A program made the translations under genes and the position numbers. DNA of 63,701 nt, the filler included, from Reticulomyxa filosa (taxonomy: Eukaryota; Protista; Foraminifera): assembly GCA_000512085.1 (NCBI GenBank). It is 15 parts of 15 records of this genome, joined end to end, with 100 filler letters (N's around TTAATTAATTAA, not from the genome) between each part and the next. Parts side by side here need not be neighbours in the genome. Positions count along the whole stretch, not along the records: positions 11,944 to 16,853 come from ASPP01026607.1; positions 16,954 to 18,170 come from ASPP01009900.1; positions 18,271 to 19,827 come from ASPP01002100.1; positions 19,928 to 29,582 come from ASPP01008835.1; 11 more parts are not named here. One strand, given 5' to 3'. How positions within the stretch are numbered: the first letter of the stretch is position 1; the number at the start of each line of letters is the position of its first letter. Positions 11,944 through 25,246 of this stretch are shown piece after piece. Below the pieces are notes generated by a model. That model ran no database searches, was not told the origin of the DNA, and worked only from the letters and a program-made list of their open reading frames with translations.

Positions 11944-13943
11944 CTCAAGCAAACTTTTGAGAACGTAAAGTTGTTGTAATTTTCTCTTTAACGCACACTT
12001 ATGAAATGTTTGTTTTGGGTTCTATCAGTTTAATTTATAGAACTTGCAAAATATATTGCTACAATAGTTTCATAAATAAATGAATGTTCTAATTTGATGT
12101 CGAATAATTCGTATAAAGAATTAATTTGTTTTAAGATGAGACTTTCAAGGGGAAAATTTCTCAAAAGTACTTAGATTAAATGGTAAAGTGTATCTTTGCA
12201 ATATGGTGAACAAGCATATGCATATGATCGCAAAGAAATTGACAATATAAAATTTTTTAAAAGTGGACGTTAATGAAAGAATGAAAATGTATTGAAATAA
12301 ATAAAGTTTTGGTGAGTGGAAAAGTTTCTTAAAAGGGCCCAGTTCCAGATTTTTTTTTTGTTTGTCAGCAATTGCCTGATTTACTATTTTCCAAGATTAG
12401 CAAAGGAAGTTTTTCACTTCCAGATTGCTAAAGAAGTAGTCAGCTCCACAAAAGTGGTTGAAAATCTTGAGAAAAGATATCGTGTTTTCTGAAAAAGCCT
12501 AAAGTATATGTATATCACGCAATTGGAGTAAAATTGTTTAAAGACCACAACTTAGTTGTGCTTGGATGATAAACAACTTAAATACTAAGTGTAATACGAA
12601 AGGAACTTTGTTCCGAAAACAAAATTTCAGTAAAACGAAATGAATTAAATAAAGAAAATTCACAAAAGACAAAGAAAACAAACAGCAAAAACAAGAAAAT
12701 AAGTGTTGTTTGTAGACAAAGTTTAATATACTGGGATTCCTCAGCTCCTTTAGAATTTCTCGTCTATAGTATTGGCTTGACCTACATCACTTTAACTGCA
12801 TGCACATATGAAATTGCGTTTTTTATATTTACAGTTTTTATTACTTTTTTTTGCCTTAATGCTAACAAACAAAAAAAAAAGCAAAATTAAGTCAATATTT
12901 AAAAAGAAAATAAAATGTTAAATAATTAAATACAATACTTTAAAAAGAATAAATATGGCTAACAAAGATTGTATAAAAATCAAATGCGTTTTGAAACACT
13001 TGAAAATTTATACATATTTTTAAAAAATTTATTTTTGGAGTAGAAAATCGATACTTCTGAGGATCTATTTTCGTGTCATGACTTTTGTTACATATGTAGG
13101 TGAAGATCATAACGAATGTACGCTTTTCACTTATGGAAATACCATTGTGTACGCATTATTGAATATTATGGCTCAATTGTTGAATGTGCGAATATATGAT
13201 CTGTATAAGACACCAATGACGTTAAGTTCGTATCAAATAATTTCACTTATTTTACATTTCATATATCAATTGTCGTATTTACAATAATTTTGGAATCAGA
13301 TAGAGACTAAAGTTGTCAAATGGATATTCAATGAACAAATTATAATATTTCACTTGAGTTTATGTACCTATCTGAATAATATCGAGTTTTTTTTTGAGAC
13401 AGTAAATATCAAACAAAAAATTTTAATACCAAAATTGGACAACGATTTTTTAAAATGTTTTTTTGAAGGATCTTTCACACAAAGGAATTCTTGAAACTAG
13501 CTCGTGCTACCAAAGTATTTTAATAATCTTTGTGCAAATCCAGCCGTTTCATATTCAGATTATCAATAGTCAAAAATTTAACACGTAATGTAATAGATGT
13601 AATAATTATCGAAGATTAAGGTATTTGAGATATTGTTGGATTACGTTTTTACATTTTAAAATTTGAGAAATAAAAAAATAATACCCAATTATTTAAAGTA
13701 CAAAATTTCAAACAAATCAATAAGAGACCATAAATTTATTAATTAAACTGTTTTCTTCCGCTCAAGAATTTTACAAAATGTTTAAAATGAAACGTGTCCA
13801 ACAATTGATTTAAACATTGAAAGGGCTGAACGGTTTTTTAAAAAGCAAGAAGACAAAATTATGCTTGAACCTGGTTATTGAGTTTGGGAAAATTATCCAA
13901 AGAAGTGATTAAAAAAACACAAACGAAAAAAAGGGCCGAAGGT

Positions 13944-14833
13944 TCAGCAACAACTATTGACTTTTTTATCAGGCTGTTTTTTCTTCAAATCCAAAGCATC
14001 TTTGGGTACATAGGAAGGGGGTTGCGCAATTTCTCTTTTCAAAGCATTTCTTGCAATGGTCAAAAAGGCTTGTTCGACGTTAATGTTATCCTTGGCAGAA
14101 GTCTCAAAAAATGGAAGATCACTCTTGTTTTTGCACCATTGGCGAGCTTGAGCTTCAGCCACTTTTCTTTGAGCTTTGGCTAAATCTGCTTTGTTTCCCA
14201 AAATTGCAAATGGAAACTCTTTCGGATCTCTCGGTGCAGCTTGGTTCACAAATTCTTCCATCCAGAGTTCCAACGATTCAAATGACTTTTGATCGGTTAT
14301 GTCGTAGGCCAATATACAACAATCTATGTTTGTTTGTTTGTTTGTTTTTTTCTCCCAATGAATCAATCGTCAATTGAATAAAAAACTCTTTCTCTCATTC
14401 CGTTCACACACACACACCTGCCCCGCGGTAAAAAGCCATTCCCAGACTCTGAAATCTTTCTTGTCCTGCTGTATCCCATATCTGTAGTGTCACTAATTTG
14501 TCATCGATCACAATCTCTTTCGTCAAAAAGTCGGCTCCAATTGTGGCTTTGTAGGATTTCGAAAATTTGTTGTTCACGTATTGATTCATTAGTGACGTCT
14601 TTCCCACACTTATCCATATGAGACCGAGGACATGAAAGGAAATATTTGTCATGTGACAAAGTTTTTTTATACACTTATCAAGTTTTTGTTCTTAAAAAAA
14701 AAAAAAAACTTACTTACCCCGAGTCACCTAATATGATCACTTTCAACATCACTTTTTTCCTGTTTCATTTACCAACAACCCAAATTTTTGTCAAATATAG
14801 CTGTTTCCATTTTCAAAGATACCTGTGCGACAT
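13944..14833 (-). CDS. RAB7: Rab7 small GTPase, 4 exons
   Basis: Spliced [66 protein letters not shown], and a C-terminal CC prenylation site. Confidence 0.95.
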
Positions 14834-15404
14834 TCTGGATTTTCAATGCTACAAAATAAATGAATTAACAAAAATAAGCAAAAGGAATACCTCTCGACAC
14901 AAAAAAACTCAAATAGCCTCTCCCCTTGGCAGCACTGCAACCATTAGAGCAGCTTGTCAAAGTCGGGTACTCGTTGTCCTGATTCACAAGGTAGCAAAAA
15001 AAAGCATAAATCATCACGTTTTTTCATTTTCAAGACGGTCAAATGATAAGTATTTTGTACGCAAGCCTAAGAAACTGTGCAAACTCTACAGTGTATGGAT
15101 AATACTGAATTGCATAACTGTCGTTGGAATTTGTCCTAATTGCCAACAAGATTATCTCGTGAGCATAAAAAAATTTTTTGAAATAAAAAAGGAGCTGTTT
15201 AGGAAAAGTGTTGCGTGACATATTTCTTTTTTTTTCCTCACACAGGTATAACAAATTTGATCGATCCGCATATGATGGACACAATCTCAAGGAAAAAAAG
15301 ATCGTTTAAACCACAATCGTTTAGTTGTTTTTTTTTTTTTGTTGTTTCTCCCAATAAACACATTCAATGTTTTTTTTTTTTGGTTTGGATAAAAATTTTC
15401 AATC

Positions 15405-16760
15405 TCAATCCAATCTTGCCCCCTCATAAATTCTGCGCACGAAAACAGAGCTTGAAATATAGCCAATGGTTCCAGTGACGAAAAAGATGGCCAAAGAGAA
15501 TAAGAACATGTAACCAAAATAAAACGAGGTTTGGAAGAATCCATTCATTTGGGTTTTCGTGTAATAGTAAAACGTGGAATATAAAAAGACATAAAAAGCA
15601 GTCGATCCACCGGAAAACATCGAAATCCATTTCCATCTCCAATCTTCCCAATTAAGCAGCAGATAGGTGGACACAATCGCGCAGCAGGCAGTGACTAAGG
15701 TCACCAAGAGAAAGACAACTAACATGAATCCATACACGTAATAAAATTTGTAGTTCCAAAATGAGTTGAAGATATAATACATTTCGATGAACATTGATCC
15801 AAATGGCAGCACCCCAACTGTAAAACAAAAGACAATTGGCTGCATGTAAAACGGTCGATCATTTGGCAAAGGACGAACAAAGTTCGGATTCACCGCGCAA
15901 GGGAAATTCTGTCGTTTGTATGTTTGTCGACCAACCAATGTTCCGACAAACAGCAGCGCCATTGCCAACAGCCAAATGAATAACATTGCTGTTCATGTAT
16001 TTCCCCACATCACATTACGCTCTCAATGTACGTATTACAACTTCAAATCGATTTTCCGCATTCAATTATCATTTTTTTTTTTTTTTTTTAAGCAAAAACA
16101 GAAAATAAATAAATAAACTGAGGAAAGTGAGCAATGAAATAGCATTGGTTGCATTATAGACGACAGATAAAATGTTCAAGAAAAAGCACATTGCAAAGAC
16201 GACAATTGGGAATAATAAGCCAGTGAGGATCATTGTCAGTTTCCAACCGGTGTTTTCTTTGGTGCTATACTCCAAAAAAGTTTGGGCTGAGGTATAGCCT
16301 GCCACCAAGGACGTGACAGCATATGTCAGCACTGAAGCCGTTGCTATTGTGCCTCGAGTGTCATACAAACGTCCTGTGATCGCCAACAATATTACCAACA
16401 GACAACTCGTGTACAGTTGGTAGCCAGTTCCAATCAAAGCGGAAAACAGTGGCAAATGATCAGGTGCTCGAAAAACATCTCCATGCAACTTGAGTCATTT
16501 TTTTTTAATTATGTGGTGAAGGTAATAATAAATACATACATATTATTTACATATATATATATATATTATGTATGTATATATATGTATATATACAAAATAA
16601 ACAAAAGTATATTCAAAACTTTTTTCCATCCGGTTTCTTCCACAACTTTTTCGTACTCTTCATCTTGCAGAGCGATTTTCTCGTAATCTTTCTTCAGTGC
16701 TCTCAACAGCAGTAACGACACCATTCCGACAAGGAATATCACCAACATGAATGAATTTCC
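15405..16760 (-). CDS. Transmembrane 9 superfamily (EMP70/TM9SF3-like) protein, 5' partial
   Basis: EETGWK|(L)HGDVFRAP, GVLPFGSMFIEMYYIFNSFWNYKFYYVYGF, EDWRWKW, and the C-terminus FVRRIYEGARLD. Confidence 0.93.
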
Positions 16761-16953
16761 TAATGCAAACCTTTGTTGCCATTGTTTTATTTTAGTGTTT
16801 CACATTGTTCTGATCTTTATTTTGCTTTGAAATGACACATATGTGTGGAGTTGNNNNNNNNNNNNNNNNNNNNNNNNNNNNNNNNNNNNNNNNNNNNTTA
16901 ATTAATTAANNNNNNNNNNNNNNNNNNNNNNNNNNNNNNNNNNNNNNNNNNNN

Positions 16954-18050
16954 TTTTTGTTTTTATAAAACAACATACGAATGAGGCTTTTTGGAAGAGA
17001 TTGCAGTTGTTTGATTTTGATTTTGACTTTGACTTTGTGTGAGTCGAAAAGCAAACCAACGATACGTAGAGTCGGTGCTTTTGCTTTTTTTGTGCCCGTG
17101 ACTGGCAGGAGGTTGAGTGGACTGCTGCTGTGGATTGGTAGTGGTAGTGGTAGTGGTGGCGGTGGATGCTTGTTTGGAAAGCGAAGAGAGAGAAAAGGGT
17201 TGTTCACGAGGGGTCGATAATGTCACCGTGTGTCGATATTTGCGATGCTGTTGGTACAGTCCTGTGTTCATCGAGGCGGTCCCCATGCCGGTCAAATACT
17301 CACTCGGTTTTTTTTTGGACATTTGATTGTGGTTTTTTGTTTTCTTTATCGTCTCTATTTTTGTTGTCTCCTTCTCTTCTCTTTCTTTTTCTTTGTCGTG
17401 CTCATATTCTCGTTTGTGTTCACTGTCAACCTCCTCTGTCATCTTTTCACTTTCATTGGCATTGCGATTACGACCACTGTTATTATTATTGTTATTGTTA
17501 TTGTTATTGTTATTGTTATTGTTGTGTTTGCTTTGATTGTGAGGATGTTGGCGGTTGATAATGTGATTAGGCTTTTTCCTCTCGTGCCGACGATGTGGCG
17601 ATGACACAACGGGATTGTCCTTTTTATCCTTGCGACGTTCATCGAGCATGGACAGCGTCTGTTGATTGGTGGGCCTGTTGAACGCAAACAGAGAGTGATG
17701 TCTTTTCTTTTTATTCGCTTGGGACGCTTCCGTCGAGGGCGTTTCCTTTGTGGGTGTCGACGTCTCCTCATACGCCGAGGGATTCTTCTTCGGAGGGGAT
17801 TGCGACCGAAGCGGAGAACAAATCATCTTTGGCGATTGCGACCGTAACCGTGGCCGAGATCGAGATCGAGATCGAGACCAAGATCGTGATCGTGATCGTG
17901 ATCGCGATCGCGATGGAGGTGGAGAGCGTGACAGCGAATGCAGCGACATTGATGATGTCATATTTTTTCGAGCCAGCGGTGTCGATCTTTGTGGAGTTAG
18001 CATTATCTGATTGTCCACGGCATCCTCATTTTCCTTTTCATTTTCAGGAT
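16954..18050 (-). CDS. Internal exon of a low-complexity protein (RS dipeptide tract, poly-Asn, poly-Thr)
   Basis: The 351-aa ORF 16963..18018 is flanked by AT-rich intron-like sequence. No domain recognised. Confidence 0.6.
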
Positions 18051-18137
18051 TGGGAGAATTCTCTCTTGTCGATTGTTCTTGTATCGGAATGTATCCCTTT
18101 TATATATACATATATGTGTGTATATGTACACATATAT

Positions 18138-18168
<31 letters not shown>

Positions 18169-19927
18169 TANNNNNNNNNNNNNNNNNNNNNNNNNNNNNN
18201 NNNNNNNNNNNNNNTTAATTAATTAANNNNNNNNNNNNNNNNNNNNNNNNNNNNNNNNNNNNNNNNNNNNGATGATCGATCATATGTTATTCCTTGGATT
18301 GGATAATGGCATAAATACTCTTTTGAAAAACTTACTGTGGTGCAATATGGAGTCATTCCATTCATGCAAATCTTATTTATTTTGAAATCAAATATAAGTA
18401 CAAATGAAATATCAATAAAACATTTAAATTATTGTTTAAATATGAGCAATGAAAATTTCGAGATACAATGAACAAAATAAATGAGTTTTTGGAAGGATGT
18501 TGTTGCAATCATGATGTCAATTTCTTCGTGTTTGTTTATAAATTTAAAACAACAAAATTACTTTAAAATTTGTAAATATTAAAAAAACTATCCTTTTTAG
18601 TCATCTTTGTTTCTTTTGTTTTATTGTGATTGAAACAGTTTATAATAACTTTTTAACTTTTTAAGAAAAGTCCTTGAAGTACGCCGTTGCGAGTGCAAAA
18701 AAGTTTGGTCATTTGTTTGAAAAAATGGAAATCATGAAGAGAATGATTGGATGAAAACGAAAGCGAGATGTTAAATGAAAAACTCTCGCTAAAGACATCA
18801 TCCAAAAAAAAAAAGACTGTCTTAGAAGGAATATGTGATATTTGACCAATCTCTGTAATAGGATGCACTGTCCTTCACCGTCGGCCTAACACTTTTCTTT
18901 TTTATTTAAAATAAAAAAACAAAAAATGGTCGTAAATATATATTGTATTCCTTAATCAAAAGAAATTGCTGTTAATAACATTTTTTATTAATTTGGTTCG
19001 TTGTTTGTTAAAAATGTTCAACATTAGATAAACAAGTTTATCAAATTAATAGATATTTGTAATGTCAAATAAAACACTATTTAATTAAATATTCTTTGAA
19101 TAATAACAGATAAATTTGTTGCATTTTGAGTATATGGTACAAATAATATTCTCTTTGGTCATTACTTCCACAGATGATAATTTCGTGTTTATACACATTT
19201 AGCAAGTTGAGTGTCACTCTTATGCGCTACGAAAATTGCTGTCAATGATTAAAAAAAAGTGATATAATGCAAGACCAATGAATAGTTTCCATCCAAATCA
19301 AAATGCTTGACAAGAAAAATATTCAATATCAAACAGATTATTTTAAACATAAAATAGCATGAATTGAACAATTTCACTGCTATTTTTTGTTATCGTTTTC
19401 ATTATTCATTTGAAATCCAGTTTTTGTCCATATGTTCATAAGGCACTTATCAGACGTATAACAGATATCACAGCAAAGTTTCAGCACCTTTGTACTGGTT
19501 GTATTGATGATAAATCTTATAAAAAAAGATTCTAAACTTTGAGTCAAACGCAATAAACATTTTATTGTGAATTTAATAGATAATTTTCAAAGACACTGTG
19601 TTATGGCAATATACGCAAATAATTTTAAAAAATGTCATGCATGTGCTCATTTCTAATTACTCGCCATTATTTAAGTAAATTGTTATCAATAAAAGAAAGT
19701 TAATGAGGAATTATAGAACACATAAAACTATAAAATGTTCAATATATTAATTTTTTAAAATGACATATTTTCATTATTGGGTTTGACATTTTTTTTTTAA
19801 AAATTGATTTTATCAAAGAAATAGTATNNNNNNNNNNNNNNNNNNNNNNNNNNNNNNNNNNNNNNNNNNNNTTAATTAATTAANNNNNNNNNNNNNNNNN
19901 NNNNNNNNNNNNNNNNNNNNNNNNNNN

Positions 19928-19961
<34 letters not shown>

Positions 19962-19980
19962 TAACAACGATTATCTTGTA

Positions 19981-21635
19981 ATGTCAAACACAGATTCGAA
20001 TTCGAACGGTAATCCCCACGCAAGTGCGACCTTGCCGAACAATACGAATACAAGCACGAATACGCAACCGAACACAGATGCAACGAATACAAACGCAACA
20101 AACACAAAGCAAAACACCCCTCGGATAACGTTGGATAGCACGAAGATGGGACTGGAAATGGGAGGCGAACGCGAGTCCAAGCGAGCGAACGACAACCCAT
20201 CCGCAAGAGGAGGCGGCAATGGTACTGGCGTTAGTGCAGGCGTGGGTATAGGTGCGATAGGACAAGGAGGTAGAATAATGGGTGGGACGGAAACTCCATT
20301 GAGTCGAGTAGTAGAAGAAAGCTTGAGTGAGGAAAGACAAAGGAAAGAAGAGGATAAGCGCATATCAAGCGAGAACAACGTGGAGATGGCCAACTTGGAA
20401 GCTACCAAGTCACACTTTCCCATGGAAAGTAGCGAGTATTCGGCTAATGCGGATATCCTGTCTTCGTCGATTGATATCATCGATGAAGAAGACACGGCCA
20501 TTGCCAACGAAAAGAAGCTGCATGAGGAGTGGAAGCGAACCGAACACCTTCGTTTGGAAATGGAAGAGATGGAAAAAGAGCTGGTTCGATTACAAAAAGA
20601 AGAACGTGCGTATGGGTCCCAAGGCAAATTGATGACATGGTTCACTTGGATTAGTTTGTGTGTGTGTTGTTTATCTACTTCGGTCGTTTGTCTTTATAAT
20701 GCTATGAATTTAGTTATGCATGACCAATTCACTTCATCTTCTCCTTCTCCTTCTTCTTCTCCTTCTTCGTCTTCCTCCTCTTCGACAATGGAAACTTCCA
20801 TGAATCAAGCTGATACGTATCCCAGTTCATCCCACCAAAACCACGGCAAACAAGTGGATTGCTATATCTCCATTTTTGCAGTGTTCATTTGCTATGGCGT
20901 CGCTCAGTTATTGAAATGGCTCTACTTTATGCTTCGATTGTATTTGTCATTCAAAAACACTGCGTTTCGGTTGAATCGCTTGCAATTCCGAGCTTGCTGT
21001 ATGGCTATGTGCATCATTGCTGCGTTGTGGATCGCTAGTGCATTGTGGTGGCTGTGGCGCTGGTCCAATATACATGAGGAATGGTCTTTGTGCGATCATT
21101 TCCAATCCGTCGTGACCCCGTTCCTCATTGGGGTTTCTTTTGTCGTTGTCAATGCCATTTGCTGTGTCGGTCCTTTTGTTGCGTTTTATTTACATCTCAA
21201 ACCTATTTTAATACATGAAATCGCTTCCCTAAAAACTCAGGATTTGATGCGAGCTCAAGCCACTACTTTGTTGCGAGTGTTATCCAAATACCTTTTATTC
21301 CTCATTGTCTCGGTCACTTCCACCACCCTTGCTTTGGCGCTATTGTTCCCTTGGACAAGCTTTGCCTTAATCCTTGATGCCACTTTCAAGCCATTTGTAT
21401 ATTTTTTTATAATGCCTTCAATGAGTCAATGTTCAACCGGTGTTGTTTTCGATGCCATGTTGTCATTACTCACTGCGTATATTTCCGCTTTCAACACTCC
21501 TCCACTCCAACCGTCGTACTCACTCTCTCCCCTCCCGACACACATTGTGTCGTGCTTTCCGTTCCAAATTCCGAGGTTCAATCTCCAAAACCATATAATA
21601 ATCAAAAAACACTGCACTTTTTGACTGTGCCTTGA
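19981..21635 (+). CDS. Multi-pass (serpentine/7TM-like) membrane protein with a disordered N-terminus; probable 1-nt frameshift at about 21385
   Basis: At least 6 hydrophobic segments in ORF 19981..21624. Adding one T at TTT 21384-21386 gives a last helix and Cys-rich tail (ILDATFQAICIFFYNAFNESMFNRCCFRCH) in the frame of ORF 21429..21635. Confidence 0.65.
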
Positions 21636-22325
21636 GTTTTTTCTTCCTATGTCTCCAAAAAAAAACATCGATTAAAATATTATTTTCAAAAAAAAAATGT
21701 GTCGCATTTTGACTGTATATTTTTTTTTAAACTATTTGCCCTTATTTTGTGTATGTTTTTTGAGAAATATTTATTGTTTTTGTCGTAATTTTATTATTTT
21801 GATTGTTTTTTTCAAGTGTACAACGCTGTCTCAAAGCATTTTTTTCTCCTTTATTTTTCTTGATTTTTTTTTAACCTTTCGAGACTTGCGTTATCTGCAA
21901 TCGAAGTGATTCAAAAAGGATCATCAGCTTTACCAATTGGAAAAAATGTGCATATTTTATTGAAAGTAAAGAAGTCATAATTTGTATTAATTTTTTTGCG
22001 TTTTCTTCAAACAATGAAACCTACGAAAGAATGAAGGAAGAGAGCAACACACATGAACAACTTAAAACAGTGATGCATAAAGAGACTGTTTTTGATGTCA
22101 TATGCACGCCGTATTTTTTTTTTGTAAACAGAATAAAATACTCCTTCACTCACAAGAAAATGGAGAGGGAGGAATGAAAAAAAAACAAAACATTTTCTTT
22201 AAAATTCAACGACATCAAATTTGTCAATATCGTCTTCATTGTTAGCAGATTGTTTTTCAGCATATTCTTTACTTTTGCTATGTTCTCTGTTCGTATCAAC
22301 AGTGACAACATTAATGCCAACATCT

Positions 22326-23247
22326 TCATTGCTTTGGAGCAATTTTTTTCTTTTTTTTGGTACCAACGTTGAGTATTTGTACAGTGTTGCTATTGGTGTT
22401 GTTACTATTACTATTATTACTAGTATTAGTATTTGTATTGGAAGGATTGAAGGTCAAATCGGCACTATTCCCACGTATCCTTGCGTGTCGGTAGTTCAAA
22501 GCGGTATTGTCCATTTTGATGCTTTCATTACTATCTTGAATATTGTAATAAAAGGTATTGTTACTATTACCATTGCTGTTGTTGGAAGCAGAGGCGATGT
22601 TGGTTAATGAAAATGTGTGGTCTTGGAACAAGATAACAGTATTGATAAATTGATTTTGAACCATTTCAAACAAAATGCCAGGATAGGCATAGATTTTGAA
22701 ACTTTCTCCCATTTCTTTGTTATCTTTAATCGATTTCTTTCCGAGCTTGGTTTGTTGTGTATCACCGACGACATCATCTTCTTCAATGACATAGGATGAC
22801 TTAAGCATCAAGGGGTCGGATTTGGCCTCGCCTAAAATGGAAACAATGTCCGCTAAACTGCTACTGCTATGGATGCATAAGCGATCAATTTCCTGGCAAT
22901 ACACATTATTCTTCACGCCAGGCACGTAATTGTAAAATAGGTCACTCGCATATTTTTCATGTTCGATTTTGGAGGGTTGAATGAACAAGAAGTTGGACTT
23001 GCACCACTTATTAAAGTCTTTGGATAAAATACAATTATTATGCAATATAAATTTTTTCACAGTGTGTGAGTAGCCATCGAACAATATATCCATCCCCAAT
23101 TGGATGTAATTAAAAAAATAATCCCTTTTAAATGGGCTGTGATGATGGCGATAGTGATGATGAACATGATGATGATGATTGATACTTGTAGCTGTCGTTG
23201 AGTTATTATTATTACTGTTGTTATTAGTGTTCGCATTAATAATAGCA

Positions 23248-23309
<62 letters not shown>

Positions 23310-23988
23310 GGTATTGGTATTATTGTCAATTGAAAACGTTTTGGAAACTTTGGCTTCTTTCTCTTCAATCATCATTGATGGGCCGACCAAATCCATATCA
23401 GACATGATCACCTGTCCACTCCACAGAGACACTTCTGGAGCCAGTGCTCCACTCACAACGGGCGATAAATGAGGAGATATGGACAAATTGCCAAAGTTTT
23501 TATTTGAATAGTTGGTGCTATTGGACAAAGTATTTGCATTGACATTGGCGTTTGCATTTGTGTTCGCATTCATATTTGTAGTCGTATTAATATTTGCGTG
23601 GAAGCTGGAGGTCATGACTGGACTGACTCCAATGACATTAGCCGTGTTGTGGCTGTGTTGCTGAATACTCATGGCTTGCGATCGATGTGTGTAATACACT
23701 CTATCGGGGGGTCCCACATCCGTCAACACGTCTTGCACACTCGAGCCAAAGTAAATGCGTCTCTTGCGCCATCCAAGCATAATGCCTTCGTTCACATACA
23801 CCAATATCGGCTCAAAGTACTGCTTATCCACGCCATTGCCAAACGCATTGGTCATTTGTGATGAGTCCATATTCGAGCTACTCATCAGTAGTCCGCCATC
23901 TAAATTAAAGTTTGGATGAACGCCACCACCCATGCCTAGCATATCGTTACCAACGATACTGCTATTAATATTAATATTATTATTGTTG

Positions 23989-24026
<38 letters not shown>

Positions 24027-24078
24027 GTTATTATTATTATTATTGTTATTATTGTTATCTCCATTATCATTGCTATTA

Positions 24079-24122
<44 letters not shown>

Positions 24123-24939
24123 GATAGTAGTATTCTCACCACCATGATCTGTGGCCATGTGAAAAAAAGCCGAAGGATAAGGAACGACCATTTGATGCAC
24201 ACTTTCTCCAAAAAATACAATCATTCGTTGCAAATAAGGAGATGTGCCATCCTTCATTTCCACTGGCAACACTTTATTATTTTTCCACATTTCGTCACTC
24301 CTCTCGTCGTCTTTGTCCTCCTTTTCCAGTCCAAAGACCAAAAACAGTCCCGGATACTCCGTGTAATACAGCTGCTTCTCTTTGTCATATTTCCCCGGAT
24401 AGGGAACACCCAACGTGTTGTAAATACTCAAAAACGTATTACATTTCAATTTTTTCGCTGTTGCATATTATTCATATACATTACATATATTCATATACGC
24501 ATATATGCATATATGCATAGGCACATATTTTTGATAAATATGACATTGTGTTATATCTCTTTTGTTTTTACACTCCAAACTATAAATACTGCATGTTACC
24601 TCTTGAACCAGGCTCATTATTGTCTCTATCACATATCTCTGTCAATAGCTTGTTTTGATATTCAATCTCTATCTTATTCACTTCGTATATGTCGATACAC
24701 TTTAGTCGCTGCTGGTGACCGTCAAATTTCAACAGCAAACCGCATTCCGGCAGCTGAATTACTATGTCTGATGGCTCTCCTCTTTCTCGTTCTTTTTCTT
24801 TGTCTTTGCCTCGTCCCAACTCAAACAAGATTTTCACTTCTTTCAATGTCGGGGTAAACGTTTGCAACTGTGAAATACAGGTTTTTATATTTGTTCCCAA
24901 GACAAATGGTCCTAGAGAACGACCAGGAATCAAATGCAT
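22326..24939 (-). CDS. PHAF1/UPF0183 (C16orf70-like) protein with long poly-Asn insertions
   Basis: PGRSLGPFVLG, GLLLKFDGHQQRLKCIDIY, PYPGKYD...YPGL, IYFGSSVQDVLTDVGPPDRVYY, DYFFNYIQLGMDILFD...VKKFILHNN. Confidence 0.88.
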
Positions 24940-25246
24940 GAAAACTAATTTCTACGATTTTTTTTTCTTTAGTTCTTTTTTGTCGGTGCCTTTTTTTTGC
25001 TGAAAAAACAGTTTACACTAACTATCGAAAATTTACCCTTCTATTATTTTAGCATCTTTGCATTGAAAACAAAACATCTTGAAATATTCTGAACTTTTGG
25101 GTTTCTCTTATATGAGCTGATACTTTTCTTCTAAAATCAGAAAACGTACATATACCAAGAGTACAAGTAGAAATAAGTTACTGAAAAATATTAAGCAGAT
25201 TTTTAATTTACAAATAAAGAATAATTAGAGGAAAGGTTTCTATGTA

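Noticed and set aside
13040-13520. Possible decayed WD40 remnant (FTYGNTIV resembles FSPDGNTIV)
   Set aside because: Similarity is too short and degenerate to support without a search.
14646-15218. 190-aa plus-strand ORF
   Set aside because: It overlaps Rab7 exons 1-2 antisense and the TM9SF 3' region, and its composition is not protein-like.
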